A stretch of DNA of 64,000 nt from Candidatus Bathyarchaeota archaeon. Its GTDB lineage: Archaea; Thermoproteota; Bathyarchaeia; Bathyarchaeales; Bathycorpusculaceae. This document shows positions 28,626-37,593 of this stretch, in pieces. The position numbers and the translations under genes were made by a program. The first letter of the stretch is position 1, and every line of letters begins with the position of its first letter. The stretch is from NCBI GenBank assembly GCA_937873375.1, contig CALMWK010000125.1, positions 24,870 through 88,869 of the forward strand. Direction: 5' to 3'. The notes under the pieces were generated by a model. The model was not told where the DNA came from. It worked only from the letters and a program-made list of their open reading frames with translations, and did no database searches.

Positions 28626-28754
28626 CTAAAAGAGTGAGGTTTTGGAGGTGTGGAGTAAGCCTTGTTTGGTGTAGGTGCCATAGTTGGTGACGGGTTCTAT
28701 TGTGGCAATTACTAAGTCGCCGACTTCTGGCTGTTGGGGCTTGCTTTCCGCCAT
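28626..28754 (-). pseudogene. eif2a: translation initiation factor aIF2 alpha remnant (42 codons)
   Basis: MAESKPQQPEVGDLVIATIEPVTNYGTYTKQGLLHTSKTSLF*: S1-domain start of aIF2alpha in its canonical slot between S27e and Nop10. Confidence 0.85.
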
Positions 28755-28772
28755 TACTTTTGCGCTTCCCGC

Positions 28773-28970
28773 TTATTCCAAGACTGCTTGTATGTCGCCT
28801 TTTATTTTTGCTTTTCCGCCACTTGGTTCGGCGAGGACGACGCTGCACACGTTGCAGGTAACGATGTTCACTGCGTTGCTGAAGACGAGTTGTTCGTTAC
28901 CGCATTTTGGGCATTTTACCCGTAGGAAAGTGCTGCTTGGTTTGGGGACGAGTTTGTTCCATTCGCTCAT
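28773..28970 (-). CDS. rps27e: 30S ribosomal protein S27e
   Basis: PSSTFLRVKCPKCGNEQLVFS...CNVC...PSGGKAKI; start moved to ATG 28970. Confidence 0.97.
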   Translation of the reverse strand: MSEWNKLVPKPSSTFLRVKCPKCGNEQLVFSNAVNIVTCNVCSVVLAEPSGGKAKIKGDIQAVLE

Positions 28971-28993
28971 GTTTCTTTTTTCTCCTGTTAGTT

Positions 28994-29269
28994 TTATCCG
29001 ATTACTAGTTTTCGCAGGCGTATACCGTCTTTGTGTCTCATGTAGTTGCAGGTTTTGCATTTGAGGCGGAGGGTTTGTTTTTTGGTGGTTTTGGCGAATT
29101 CTTTTTGCAGAGGGAAGCCTTGTCCGCCGTAGCCTTCTTTTTCGCGTGCGTGGTGGCGTTCGCCTTTGGCTAGGGCTCTGCGTTTTCCTGCTTTGTATAG
29201 GGAGACTGCGTGAGCTTTGTGAGTTTTACATTTTGGACAGTACGTAGTTACTTCTTTGGGAACGTTCAC
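28994..29269 (-). CDS. rpl44e: 50S ribosomal protein L44e
   Basis: VPKEVTTYCPKCKTH, GYGGQ, KTTKK..LRLKC; GTG start. Confidence 0.97.
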   Translation of the reverse strand: MNVPKEVTTYCPKCKTHKAHAVSLYKAGKRRALAKGERHHAREKEGYGGQGFPLQKEFAKTTKKQTLRLKCKTCNYMRHKDGIRLRKLVIG

Positions 29270-29364
29270 GTTTATCACTACCAGACTCCATAATGAAAAC
29301 AAGCACCCTCTTATACTTTTTTCGCTTTTCAAGCAAAATGTACTTGCGGGTGGCATATTTTTGG

Positions 29365-29414
29365 GTGTGCTCTGCTGCTCTCTGCAGACTATACCCCCCT
29401 CTATAAATAGAAAC
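29365..29414 (+). repeat. partial dispersed repeat (CTATA-C6-TCTATAAATAGAA module)
   Basis: gtgtgct...ctatacccccctctataaatagaaac resembles 51946-51988 and the C-tract of copy C. Confidence 0.5.
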
Positions 29415-29592
29415 AACTACCAATTAAACTACTGCTTCACTAATTCTTCACTGCCCGCAAACCTCGCGCTCTTGCGGGTACCCCCTCCCTTAGATAAAGG
29501 GACAAAATGCTGTTCTAAATATTCTAGTGTGTGCACACCTGAGAACGTTGCTTCGAAGATAAAAAATAAGAAGAAAAGAAGAGGAAGTGTTT

Positions 29593-30939
29593 TTAGCGTA
29601 GTCTCATGAGAACCATTTCTGCTGCCAGAACCATCGGGTCCCATGTCTCGTTCAGCGGCGGCGCATATGCGGTGTCTGCTTTGGCTAAGTCGCGCACGGT
29701 CATTTGTTTTTGGATGGCGAAGGATAGGGCGTTTATGCGTTGGGTGACTTCTTCTCCGCCAACTACTTGTGCGCCAACTATGCGTTGCGATTCCTTTTCC
29801 ACAACAAGCTTGACTTTTATGGGCTTCGCTGTTGGGTAGTAATCCGCTTTGGTCTTGGAGCTGATGGCGCCAACCACAACTTCAACGCGGTTCTTCGCTG
29901 CGGATGCTTCGGTTAAGCCTGTTACGCCTGCCTCTATCTCAAACAGCCTAGTGACCGCTGAAGCTAAGATGCCTGTGAACTGTGCGTAGTCGCCTGCAGC
30001 GTTTGCCCCAGCCACTTTACCCATGCGCACCGCGATGGTTCCCAACTGCGGACACATCGGCTTGTGAGTAATCAGGTTAGGACCTTCAGCGCAGTCGCCA
30101 ACCGCGTAAACATCCTTCACGTCAGTTTCCATGCGCCCATTAGTCTTTATGGCGCGTGTCTCACCGAGGGGTATGCCAGCGTCAACCGCAAGCTTCGTGT
30201 TCGCCCTCACACCGAAAGCGCTGATGAACAGGTCAGCTTCAATTTTTTCTCCGCCAGCCATAATCGCCGTAACCTTGTCTTCGCCCAAGAATTCTTCGAC
30301 GCCTTTGCCTGTGAGTATGGTCATGCCTTTTTCCTGCAGGTGCTCCTGAACCAGCTTCGCCATGTCAGCATCAAGCATCGCGGGCAAAATCTGAGGCAAC
30401 ATTTCAACTATGGTAACTTTCAAGCCCTTCTCAATTAAAGCAACGCCTACTTCAAGCCCAATCAAACCCGCACCCATGATGACAGCGGATTTGGCGCCAC
30501 TCTGGACTGCTTGGCGGATTTTTTCGCCGTCTTCGATGGAGCGGAGACTGAGGATGCCCTGCTTTTCCCTGCCTTTGATGGGCGGCATGAACGCGTCAGC
30601 ACCCGTCGCCAGCACAAGGCTGTCATACTGCAGCGTTTCAGCAACACCTGCCTTATCGACCGCCGTGACCGTTTTCTCTTTGGTGTTTACAGCCGTAACT
30701 TTTGTCTCAGTCTTCAACGTCAACTTGAGCATCTGGAAGTAAGCGGGTGGGTAAACAATCAGATTCTTGAAGTCCGCTATGTGTCCGCCTATAACGAAGG
30801 GCAACCCACAACGCGAATAACCTGAGTTCGTCTCTTGATTTATCAGGGTAATTTCAGCCGTGCGGTCCTTTTTACGCGCAGCCGAAGCAGCTTCTACACC
30901 TGAAGCGTTAGCTCCAACAACAATTATGCGCCTAACCAT
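29593..30939 (-). CDS. FAD-dependent pyridine nucleotide-disulfide oxidoreductase (CoA-disulfide reductase/NADH oxidase type)
   Basis: GANASG, single redox Cys GYSRCGLP, GAGLIGLE, YAVGDC, AYAPP; start ATG 30939 or 30954. Confidence 0.9.
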   Translation of the reverse strand: MVRRIIVVGANASGVEAASAARKKDRTAEITLINQETNSGYSRCGLPFVIGGHIADFKNLIVYPPAYFQMLKLTLKTETKVTAVNTKEKTVTAVDKAGVAETLQYDSLVLATGADAFMPPIKGREKQGILSLRSIEDGEKIRQAVQSGAKSAVIMGAGLIGLEVGVALIEKGLKVTIVEMLPQILPAMLDADMAKLVQEHLQEKGMTILTGKGVEEFLGEDKVTAIMAGGEKIEADLFISAFGVRANTKLAVDAGIPLGETRAIKTNGRMETDVKDVYAVGDCAEGPNLITHKPMCPQLGTIAVRMGKVAGANAAGDYAQFTGILASAVTRLFEIEAGVTGLTEASAAKNRVEVVVGAISSKTKADYYPTAKPIKVKLVVEKESQRIVGAQVVGGEEVTQRINALSFAIQKQMTVRDLAKADTAYAPPLNETWDPMVLAAEMVLMRLR

Positions 30940-30950
30940 TACGGTTGCCT

Positions 30951-31367
30951 TCATTTAGATTGCGCTTGAGCTTTGTGCCACTCAACAGCCGCATCGAAGT
31001 CCATAAGGTTAGCAAGTTCTGCTTGCAAGTTTGCGGGTTTCACCACAAGCACCCAGCCATTCACGAAGGGAGCCTCGTTGAGCAACTCTGGCTTGGACGA
31101 AACTTCAGCGTTGACTTCCTCGATGGTTCCGCTAATCGGGGCGATGAGGTCAGAAACAGCTTTAACAGACTCCACAGTCCCATACGGATCATTCTGTTTG
31201 ACTTCGCCGCCAGCGCTCGGTAGTTCTGCGTAGACAATCTCGCGCAGGGATTTCTGGGCGTAGTCGGTTAAGCCTATGCGTACTTTGTCGCCTTCAACTT
31301 TAACCCATTCAAAATCTTTTGAGTAGTAAAGTCCTTCAGGCACATCATATCCTTCTACTTGTACCAT
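30951..31367 (-). CDS. gcvH: glycine cleavage system H protein (lipoyl carrier)
   Basis: IGLTDYAQ, GTVESVKAVSDL (lipoyl Lys), PELLN. Confidence 0.95.
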   Translation of the reverse strand: MVQVEGYDVPEGLYYSKDFEWVKVEGDKVRIGLTDYAQKSLREIVYAELPSAGGEVKQNDPYGTVESVKAVSDLIAPISGTIEEVNAEVSSKPELLNEAPFVNGWVLVVKPANLQAELANLMDFDAAVEWHKAQAQSK

Positions 31368-31448
31368 TTTTTGTGCACCTTTTTACTAGTAAATACTCTG
31401 GAAGGCTTCGGCTCTTAAAAGTCTTCACGAAAAGAAGAGGAAAACGGC

Positions 31449-32534
31449 TTAGCGTTCTCGTTTGCCTGCGATGAACTCTTCGGTCCACTGTTTTGCCTGT
31501 GAATCAGGCACTTGGATGGGCGGGTGTTTGAATGCGTATGAGGACATGCTCAGCAGGGCACCAGATATTTTGCGGTCCAAAGCAATCTTGGCACAACGTA
31601 TCAAATCTATGACGACGCCTGCACTGTTCGGTGAATCTTCTACTTCGAGTTTGACGCTTATGTTTATGGGGCGGTCGCCAAATTTACGGGCTTTTAGGGA
31701 GATGTAGCAGATTTTCTTGTTCTTCAAAAACGGCACATAATCCGACGGCCCAATCCTAGTCGGCAAATCGTACGGAACCAAGCTTGTGACAGCTTCAGTT
31801 TTGCTGATGCGCTTGGATGTGAGTCTGTTTTCCACGGTCATGTTCTGAAAGTCTGTGTCTCCGCCAAGATTCAACTGGTAAGTTTCATCTACGATGACGC
31901 CTCGGTCTAGGCATAGCCGCACGAGGTTGCGGTGCAGAATTGTGGCGCCCACTTGACTTTTGATGTCGTCGCCAAGCACTGGAAGACCTGCGGCTTCAAA
32001 CTTTTTACTCCACGCCTGCGTTTTGTCTGAAGCGATGAATTCAGGCATGCAGTTTACGAAGGCGCATCCAGCGTCTATGGCAGCTTGAGCGTAAAAACGT
32101 GTGGCGTCGTGGCTTCCAACAGGCAAATAATTAACCAGAACCTGAGCTTTTGCTGCTTTGAGAACTTTCACCACGTTTGCTTGGTCATATTTGCTGTCAT
32201 CGTAAACGTTAAAGGTCTCTCGCATGTGCGGCGCCACACCATCCAAAATCGGTGCAGGAGAAACCTTCACGCCTAAGTTGGGGACTTCAGCGAATTTTTC
32301 GCAGCAGTTGGGCGCGGTGAAGATGGCTTCGGAGAGGTCTTTGCCGATTTTGTCTTTGTTAACCTCAAACGCAGCAACAAATCTTATGTCGCGTATGTGG
32401 TACCCGCCAAAGTTCACATGCATGAGCCCTGGCACGGTGGTGTCTTCTTTGGCGTTCTTGTAGTATTGTGTTCCTTGTGTGAGGGCAGATGCGCTGTTGC
32501 CCACGCCTACGAGTGCTACGCGGATTTCAGGCAA
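31449..32534 (-). CDS. ino1: myo-inositol-1-phosphate synthase
   Basis: GVGNSAS, NYLPVGS, GDDIKSQVGAT, DSPNSAGV. Confidence 0.96.
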   Translation of the reverse strand: MPEIRVALVGVGNSASALTQGTQYYKNAKEDTTVPGLMHVNFGGYHIRDIRFVAAFEVNKDKIGKDLSEAIFTAPNCCEKFAEVPNLGVKVSPAPILDGVAPHMRETFNVYDDSKYDQANVVKVLKAAKAQVLVNYLPVGSHDATRFYAQAAIDAGCAFVNCMPEFIASDKTQAWSKKFEAAGLPVLGDDIKSQVGATILHRNLVRLCLDRGVIVDETYQLNLGGDTDFQNMTVENRLTSKRISKTEAVTSLVPYDLPTRIGPSDYVPFLKNKKICYISLKARKFGDRPINISVKLEVEDSPNSAGVVIDLIRCAKIALDRKISGALLSMSSYAFKHPPIQVPDSQAKQWTEEFIAGKRER

Positions 32535-32667
32535 TATGTTAACCTTCTGTTGCTGATGGCTTACGTTTGTCTGTGCTATAACTTTTTCCTTGTTAGAAAC
32601 TCGGCTACATACTGAATTACAGTGTTCGCAGCAGTGCTTTCCGACGATTAACGCTTGAGACAGAATA

Positions 32668-33090
32668 CTAAATGGTTCTTTTTATGGGGGCGGTGTCGAA
32701 GTCTTTGTCGTTTGAAATTATTTCTTGTGCGTCCACTCTCATTGCAACGGCTAAGTGCAATGCGTCTTCATAATCAATTTTGTAGTTGTTCATCAAGTCT
32801 GCTGCACAGGTGAAGTCTTCAGGTTTGAGGGGTTCAATTGTTAAACCTTTCATGCGCATTAAGGAGTTAACGACCATTTCCACGAAAGTTTTGTCTTTAA
32901 GGTTTTTACCTGCCAACCCCGCCATTATCACTAAAGTCTCGTATACTGTCAAGCTTGAAGTAACATACTCCTTACGTGTGGTCTTTTCAATTTTCTGCAC
33001 CCATTCGTATGCGGTTTCACCGAATTTCGGATGCTTGCCCAGCCAGTACACGAATATGTTGACATCTACGTACCGCGGTGGCTCCACCAT
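32668..33090 (-). CDS. vapC: VapC PIN-domain toxin
   Basis: YVDVNIF, TVYE, EDALHLA, SNDKDFD. Confidence 0.92.
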   Translation of the reverse strand: MVEPPRYVDVNIFVYWLGKHPKFGETAYEWVQKIEKTTRKEYVTSSLTVYETLVIMAGLAGKNLKDKTFVEMVVNSLMRMKGLTIEPLKPEDFTCAADLMNNYKIDYEDALHLAVAMRVDAQEIISNDKDFDTAPIKRTI

Positions 33091-33317
33091 TTCTGCATTA
33101 CCTCCCCAATGAACTCATCCATGTCCTCGGGCCATTTGTCAACTTTGAAGGCGCCATAGTACTTGTCAGCTACGGGTTCAGCAGGTTCAATGATTATGGT
33201 TTTTCCTCTTGCTTTGATGTTGACGTAGCTTCCTCCTTTGAGCTTGGCGGCTTCTCTAATGCGCTTTGGAATTCTGACGCGCCCTTTATCATCTAATTTC
33301 GCAGTGGTCTCACTCAT
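33066..33317 (-). CDS. vapB: AbrB/MazE-type antitoxin VapB
   Basis: KLDDKGRVRIPKRIRE; overlaps vapC; start moved to ATG 33317. Confidence 0.9.
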   Translation of the reverse strand: MSETTAKLDDKGRVRIPKRIREAAKLKGGSYVNIKARGKTIIIEPAEPVADKYYGAFKVDKWPEDMDEFIGEVMQKWWSHRGT

Positions 33318-33320
33318 CGC

Positions 33321-33386
33321 TTTTCCCACTTTAGATAGAGTGCCCCACACATTTAACTTTTTTCCCACAATTTCGAAGTGCCCCAC
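33321..33386. promoter_or_regulatory. tandem direct repeat operator upstream of vapBC
   Basis: ttttcccac-N-agtgccccac occurs twice (33321-33348, 33360-33386). Confidence 0.55.
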
Positions 33387-33493
33387 CAATAGGTAACTCT
33401 CTTGCAGAACAGCGGTAAAGATTTTGTTAGGAGTGACACATGGCAAAGTTAAAAGGGAGCACACTCCAAATTAGCCTAGAAGGCGATGAGTGT

Positions 33494-33862
33494 ATGAGCA
33501 AAAGCGACGTATCCATAAAATATGAACCTTTCAAAGAAATCGTCATCATGGAACAAACCCGCTTCCCAACACCCGACGACATGGCACGGTTCACCTCCGT
33601 CATCGCAGGCGGCAAACTGGCAGGCTTGTACTGGGCTGAAGGCGTAGTTTTCCTGTATTTCCCCCTGCCCCCGTCAAACGCGGCGGTTGCCCGGATGCTT
33701 ATAGAGAGTGGCAAGGTCTTCTGGACCTTCGTAGGCTACGCGCTCATGCCAAAATATGAAACCACCATAGAGACAAAAGAGAGGATGATTGTTCCAGTCA
33801 TCGACATATCCGCTAATGATATGCTACGAAAAGTTGCCCAGTGGCTCAAAGAACAAAAATAG
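33494..33862 (+). CDS. conserved hypothetical protein
   Basis: YEPFKEIVIME, LYWAEGVVFL, VPVID; co-oriented with ribK; start moved to ATG 33494. Confidence 0.75.
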   Translation: MSKSDVSIKYEPFKEIVIMEQTRFPTPDDMARFTSVIAGGKLAGLYWAEGVVFLYFPLPPSNAAVARMLIESGKVFWTFVGYALMPKYETTIETKERMIVPVIDISANDMLRKVAQWLKEQK

Positions 33863-33872
33863 TGCCCACGGC

Positions 33873-34259
33873 ATGTCAAACACCCTGACGCTGGACGGCA
33901 AAATCATTTCTGGCCAAGGCAACGGCAAAAAATACCTCGCGCTCCCGTGGGTCAAGCAGCAAATTGAGGAAAAACTTGGCTTCACCCCGTATTTGGGAAC
34001 TTTGAACCTGAAGCTTTCAGGTGAAAGCGTAAAACACAGAAAACTTTTAGAGACAACAGGCGCGAAGATTCGGCCTGCTGAAGGCTACTGCATCGGATTA
34101 CTTTTCAGGGCAGCCATAGGCGAAACAGAATGCAGCATCGTCATACCCCAAATTGAGGATTACCCAAAAAATCTCTTAGAAATCATCGCCGCTGTGGATT
34201 TGCGCGAGTTTCTCCACCTCAACGATGGAGACGCAGTCGCAGTCACCGTATACTTTTAG
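33873..34259 (+). CDS. ribK: CTP-dependent riboflavin kinase
   Basis: GKIISGQGNGKKY, LGFTPYLGTLN, LEIIA..LR..L.L.DGD. Confidence 0.9.
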   Translation: MSNTLTLDGKIISGQGNGKKYLALPWVKQQIEEKLGFTPYLGTLNLKLSGESVKHRKLLETTGAKIRPAEGYCIGLLFRAAIGETECSIVIPQIEDYPKNLLEIIAAVDLREFLHLNDGDAVAVTVYF

Positions 34260-34265
34260 GTACAG

Positions 34266-35762
34266 CTACGCTTTACGTGTATTGCGCAGGAAATCTTCAA
34301 TATACTGCTCCAAACAGCCGTTCTTCTGCAAATACGCCCCATAAGCAACAAGGGCTCTCATGGACCGCGCGGCATCTTCAGGAGAAGAATACGAGGGGAT
34401 GCCTAACTTGTCGAATCTGCTACGGGTGTACAGCGCCATTTCCGTTTCGCCGATGTCACACATAACTATAGGCTTACGATATTTCTTGGAAATTTCCACA
34501 ACGCCGTCTATGTACCTTTCACGCAACCCAGGCATGTGATGCAGCCCCAGCAGGATTATGCCGCAGATATCTTTGTCTTGGAACATGATGTCCGCAGCGA
34601 TTTCAAACATTTCATCAGTAACTGAACCCGTAAGATCCACAGGGTTAGAGGTGGCAGCGATTTTGAGTATGGTGCCTTGTTCTTTGAGTTTCTGGAACTT
34701 TTGGCTGGTTTCTTCAGAAAAATGCTCCACAGTAAGCCCTTGAATTTCACACTCATCCACAGTCATGACCCCAGGTCCACCAGCGTCCGTGAGTATGCCA
34801 ATGTTCTTTCCCAAGGCAGGCGGCTGCATCGCTAAGGCTTTGCCTACGTCGAAGAACTCTTCCATGTCTCGGGCTCTTATTACCCCTGCCTGCTCGAACG
34901 CGGCATCGTAGATTTTGTCGGACCCCGCAATGGCGCCCGTGTGCGAGGCTGCTGCTCTGGCGCCTGCTGAGCTTTTGCCCGATTTTATTACGACAACGGG
35001 TTTTTTCATGGTTACTTTTCGGGTTATTTTGACGAATTCTCGCCCGTATTTGATGTCTTCTAGATAGGCGAGAATAACTTTGGTTTCTTTGTCATGCAGA
35101 AGATAGTGTATGATGTCTGATTCGGTCACGTCGCATTTGTTGCCGAAGCTGACGAATTTGCTGATGCCCATTTGGCGTCCAGTCAAGTAGTCCAAGGCTG
35201 CAACGCCGAAGGCGCCACTTTGCGTAATCATAGCTATATTTCCAGCCAAAGGTCGGGGCGTAGCAACAACCTCGTCGCCTGTGGTGAGAACTTTGGTTTC
35301 TGGAAGAAATAGTGTATCAACGCCTGTTTTCGCGTAGAAAACGCCTAGGCAGTTGGGTCCAAGCAGACGGATGTTGCCTTGTTTGGCTATGTTCACCACT
35401 TGTTCTTCAAGCTCAGAGTTTCCCACTTCTCGGAAGCCAGAGCTAATTATAATGGCGGTTTTGACCTTTTTTGCGACGGCTTCCTGCATGATTTCGGGCA
35501 CGATCTTTGCTGGAACAATAATCACTATAAGGTCTACTGGTTCAGGGATGCCCGTTATGGAATGGTAACATTTGAAGCCTAAAATGGAGTCTTCATTCGG
35601 GTTAACTGGGTACAGTTCACCTTTGAAAACGCGGCGCATCTTGTTGGCAGCAAAGTTCTTGAAGATAACGTGCCCTGCCTTGTCTACTTTTTTGGTGGCA
35701 CCTATAACCGCGACAGAGCGCGGATTGAAGAACACGTCTAACTTCTTTATGTTTGCTTCCAT
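34266..35762 (-). CDS. acdA: acetate-CoA ligase (ADP-forming) alpha subunit
   Basis: PRSVAVIGA, GPNCLG, QSGA, AAASHTGA, NPVDLTG. Confidence 0.93.
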   Translation of the reverse strand: MEANIKKLDVFFNPRSVAVIGATKKVDKAGHVIFKNFAANKMRRVFKGELYPVNPNEDSILGFKCYHSITGIPEPVDLIVIIVPAKIVPEIMQEAVAKKVKTAIIISSGFREVGNSELEEQVVNIAKQGNIRLLGPNCLGVFYAKTGVDTLFLPETKVLTTGDEVVATPRPLAGNIAMITQSGAFGVAALDYLTGRQMGISKFVSFGNKCDVTESDIIHYLLHDKETKVILAYLEDIKYGREFVKITRKVTMKKPVVVIKSGKSSAGARAAASHTGAIAGSDKIYDAAFEQAGVIRARDMEEFFDVGKALAMQPPALGKNIGILTDAGGPGVMTVDECEIQGLTVEHFSEETSQKFQKLKEQGTILKIAATSNPVDLTGSVTDEMFEIAADIMFQDKDICGIILLGLHHMPGLRERYIDGVVEISKKYRKPIVMCDIGETEMALYTRSRFDKLGIPSYSSPEDAARSMRALVAYGAYLQKNGCLEQYIEDFLRNTRKA

Positions 35763-35856
35763 AGTCTATAACCCCTGCGTTTTCGGTTAGAATTAATCTA
35801 CTATATTTTATGTTTTACTGTTTAAAAAACCCCTATAATAACGCTGTGCAGTAATT

Positions 35857-36732
35857 CTAACGATTACGTTGTGTTTGTGTTTCTCCGAAAACATGTGCCC
35901 TTCGCACAATAACTACGGGTTTATGTTTGACTTGGGCAAGCATGCTCCAGCTTACTTCGGTTGTGGAAACTTTGAAGCGCGCAGCCATATCCCACACCGT
36001 AGCACCTGACCCTGGACCTCTTGCCCTGTCTGCAATGTTGGCAATTGTTAAAGCTGCCTCGGCAGCCAGTTGGCTTCCAGCAACCGCAAGCGGAGTAGGT
36101 CTCCGTCGAAGGTTAAACAGTTTACCCAACACGTATGATATGACTCCTCCATGGGAACGGATGCCCTTCAGGGGTTTGGGTCGGGGCGTGAAATGAAAAT
36201 TCCGAAAACTATAGGTTTTGTCCGTGTCCACAATCAACACCGTAACCTTCTTGCCTATCCTGTTCTGGATGTGCAGGCGAATTTGCTCAGCGACTGCTTG
36301 CGCGTTACTCAAAGGCAAGCTCATGTAAGAGTAGGGCAAGTTTGACCCGTCTATGCCGCCTTCGGAGCCAAACATCAAAGCCTGCAACAACCCCGCATAC
36401 TGTAAGGAGGCTTGTTTGTGGCGGCTTCCCGCTTCAACAGGGTACTCTCTGAGCCTACGCAAAAGCCTCTGCCCGAAATGACAAAGCACCCCCAGAAAAT
36501 ACCCCCACACATAGTGCATCCAAAACGTGGCGAGGAACTTTGCGTTGGCGCTGGGGCTGAAGTTGTTTTCGTCGATTATGTTGTTGCGTGCGGTTGAAAT
36601 TGCCTTCTCGGAAACCACCACGAAATCGCCGTCTTTAACCCTGTTTTTCGCTGCGTAAACGATTTCGTTTAGGTAGTCTGTTTGGGGTTTCCAGTATTTT
36701 GTGGTTACCGCCAACGCGTAGTACTTGGTCAT
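35857..36732 (-). CDS. CofE-like F420-0:L-glutamate ligase family protein
   Basis: VVSEKAIS, GGIDGSN, LIVDTD, PVVIVR. Confidence 0.8.
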   Translation of the reverse strand: MTKYYALAVTTKYWKPQTDYLNEIVYAAKNRVKDGDFVVVSEKAISTARNNIIDENNFSPSANAKFLATFWMHYVWGYFLGVLCHFGQRLLRRLREYPVEAGSRHKQASLQYAGLLQALMFGSEGGIDGSNLPYSYMSLPLSNAQAVAEQIRLHIQNRIGKKVTVLIVDTDKTYSFRNFHFTPRPKPLKGIRSHGGVISYVLGKLFNLRRRPTPLAVAGSQLAAEAALTIANIADRARGPGSGATVWDMAARFKVSTTEVSWSMLAQVKHKPVVIVRRAHVFGETQTQRNR

Positions 36733-36765
36733 TGACTGTATGTTCTGGTGAAGGCGCTTTTTTGT

Positions 36766-37578
36766 TTATCCTTCAAAAAGAAGCTTGGCGGGGGATATTG
36801 AGATTTTGTCTCCAACTTTTGTTTGGAATGTGGCGGCTGCGCTGCCTTGGTTGAGGGCTATTTCAAGGTAGTTGTGGCTTCCGATGAGTGCTAAAGGTTC
36901 CTTTGGTTTGGCTTCCGCGTAGGTTTTGGCAAGCTTCAGGTGCAGTTTTGCGTTTGGCAGCTCTGCTTGCATTGTGCGTTCTTTGATGTGTTCTAGGTCT
37001 TTTGTGCGGATGTTCGTGATTATGTTTCCGAAGCCATCCACATGCAGAACCTCGCCAACCAAGTCGTCTTTGTTTCGGGTAACCTTGGCGAACGAGGGTT
37101 CTATAACATCGGTAACTTCGGGACCAAACTCTTCCAAAGCCACACCGTTTGCAATGTGGGCTGCGACAGGAGCAAAAACGTCTCGCCCATGGAAGGTGCT
37201 GGAAACGTGAGGCAACATAAACTTTCGGCTCTCTATTTTGTACATGCGTTTAATGCCTTGCGCTTCAGCTGCCAAAAGTAACACGCCATTGTCGGGTCCA
37301 ACAAAAACGCTACGTTCGGTTTGCACTATTATGGGGCGTCTTTGGGTGCCAACGCTAGGGTCCACGACAGCCACGTGAACAGTGCCTTGGGGGAAGTAGG
37401 GTGCTGCTGAAGCCAGCATGTACGCGCCCATTCGTATGCTGAATTTTTCCACGTTGTGGGTTACGTCAACTATTTGGGCGTTTGGGCAAATGCCAAGGAT
37501 TGTGCCTTTCATTTCTGCGACGTACGGATCGGTTAACCCAAAATCGGTGGTCAGAGTCACTATTTTAGCTGGTGGCAA
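36766..37578 (-). CDS. SAM hydroxide adenosyltransferase (DUF62 family)
   Basis: LTTDFG, VVDPSVGTQR, GPDNG, STFHGRDVFAP, DGFGNIITN. Confidence 0.95.
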   Translation of the reverse strand: MPPAKIVTLTTDFGLTDPYVAEMKGTILGICPNAQIVDVTHNVEKFSIRMGAYMLASAAPYFPQGTVHVAVVDPSVGTQRRPIIVQTERSVFVGPDNGVLLLAAEAQGIKRMYKIESRKFMLPHVSSTFHGRDVFAPVAAHIANGVALEEFGPEVTDVIEPSFAKVTRNKDDLVGEVLHVDGFGNIITNIRTKDLEHIKERTMQAELPNAKLHLKLAKTYAEAKPKEPLALIGSHNYLEIALNQGSAAATFQTKVGDKISISPAKLLFEG

Positions 37579-37593
37579 GAGTGTTTCGCTTCT

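Noticed and set aside
28498..28848. 116 aa ORF spanning the rps27e-nop10 gap
   Set aside because: Out-of-frame shadow over rps27e, the aIF2alpha remnant and nop10
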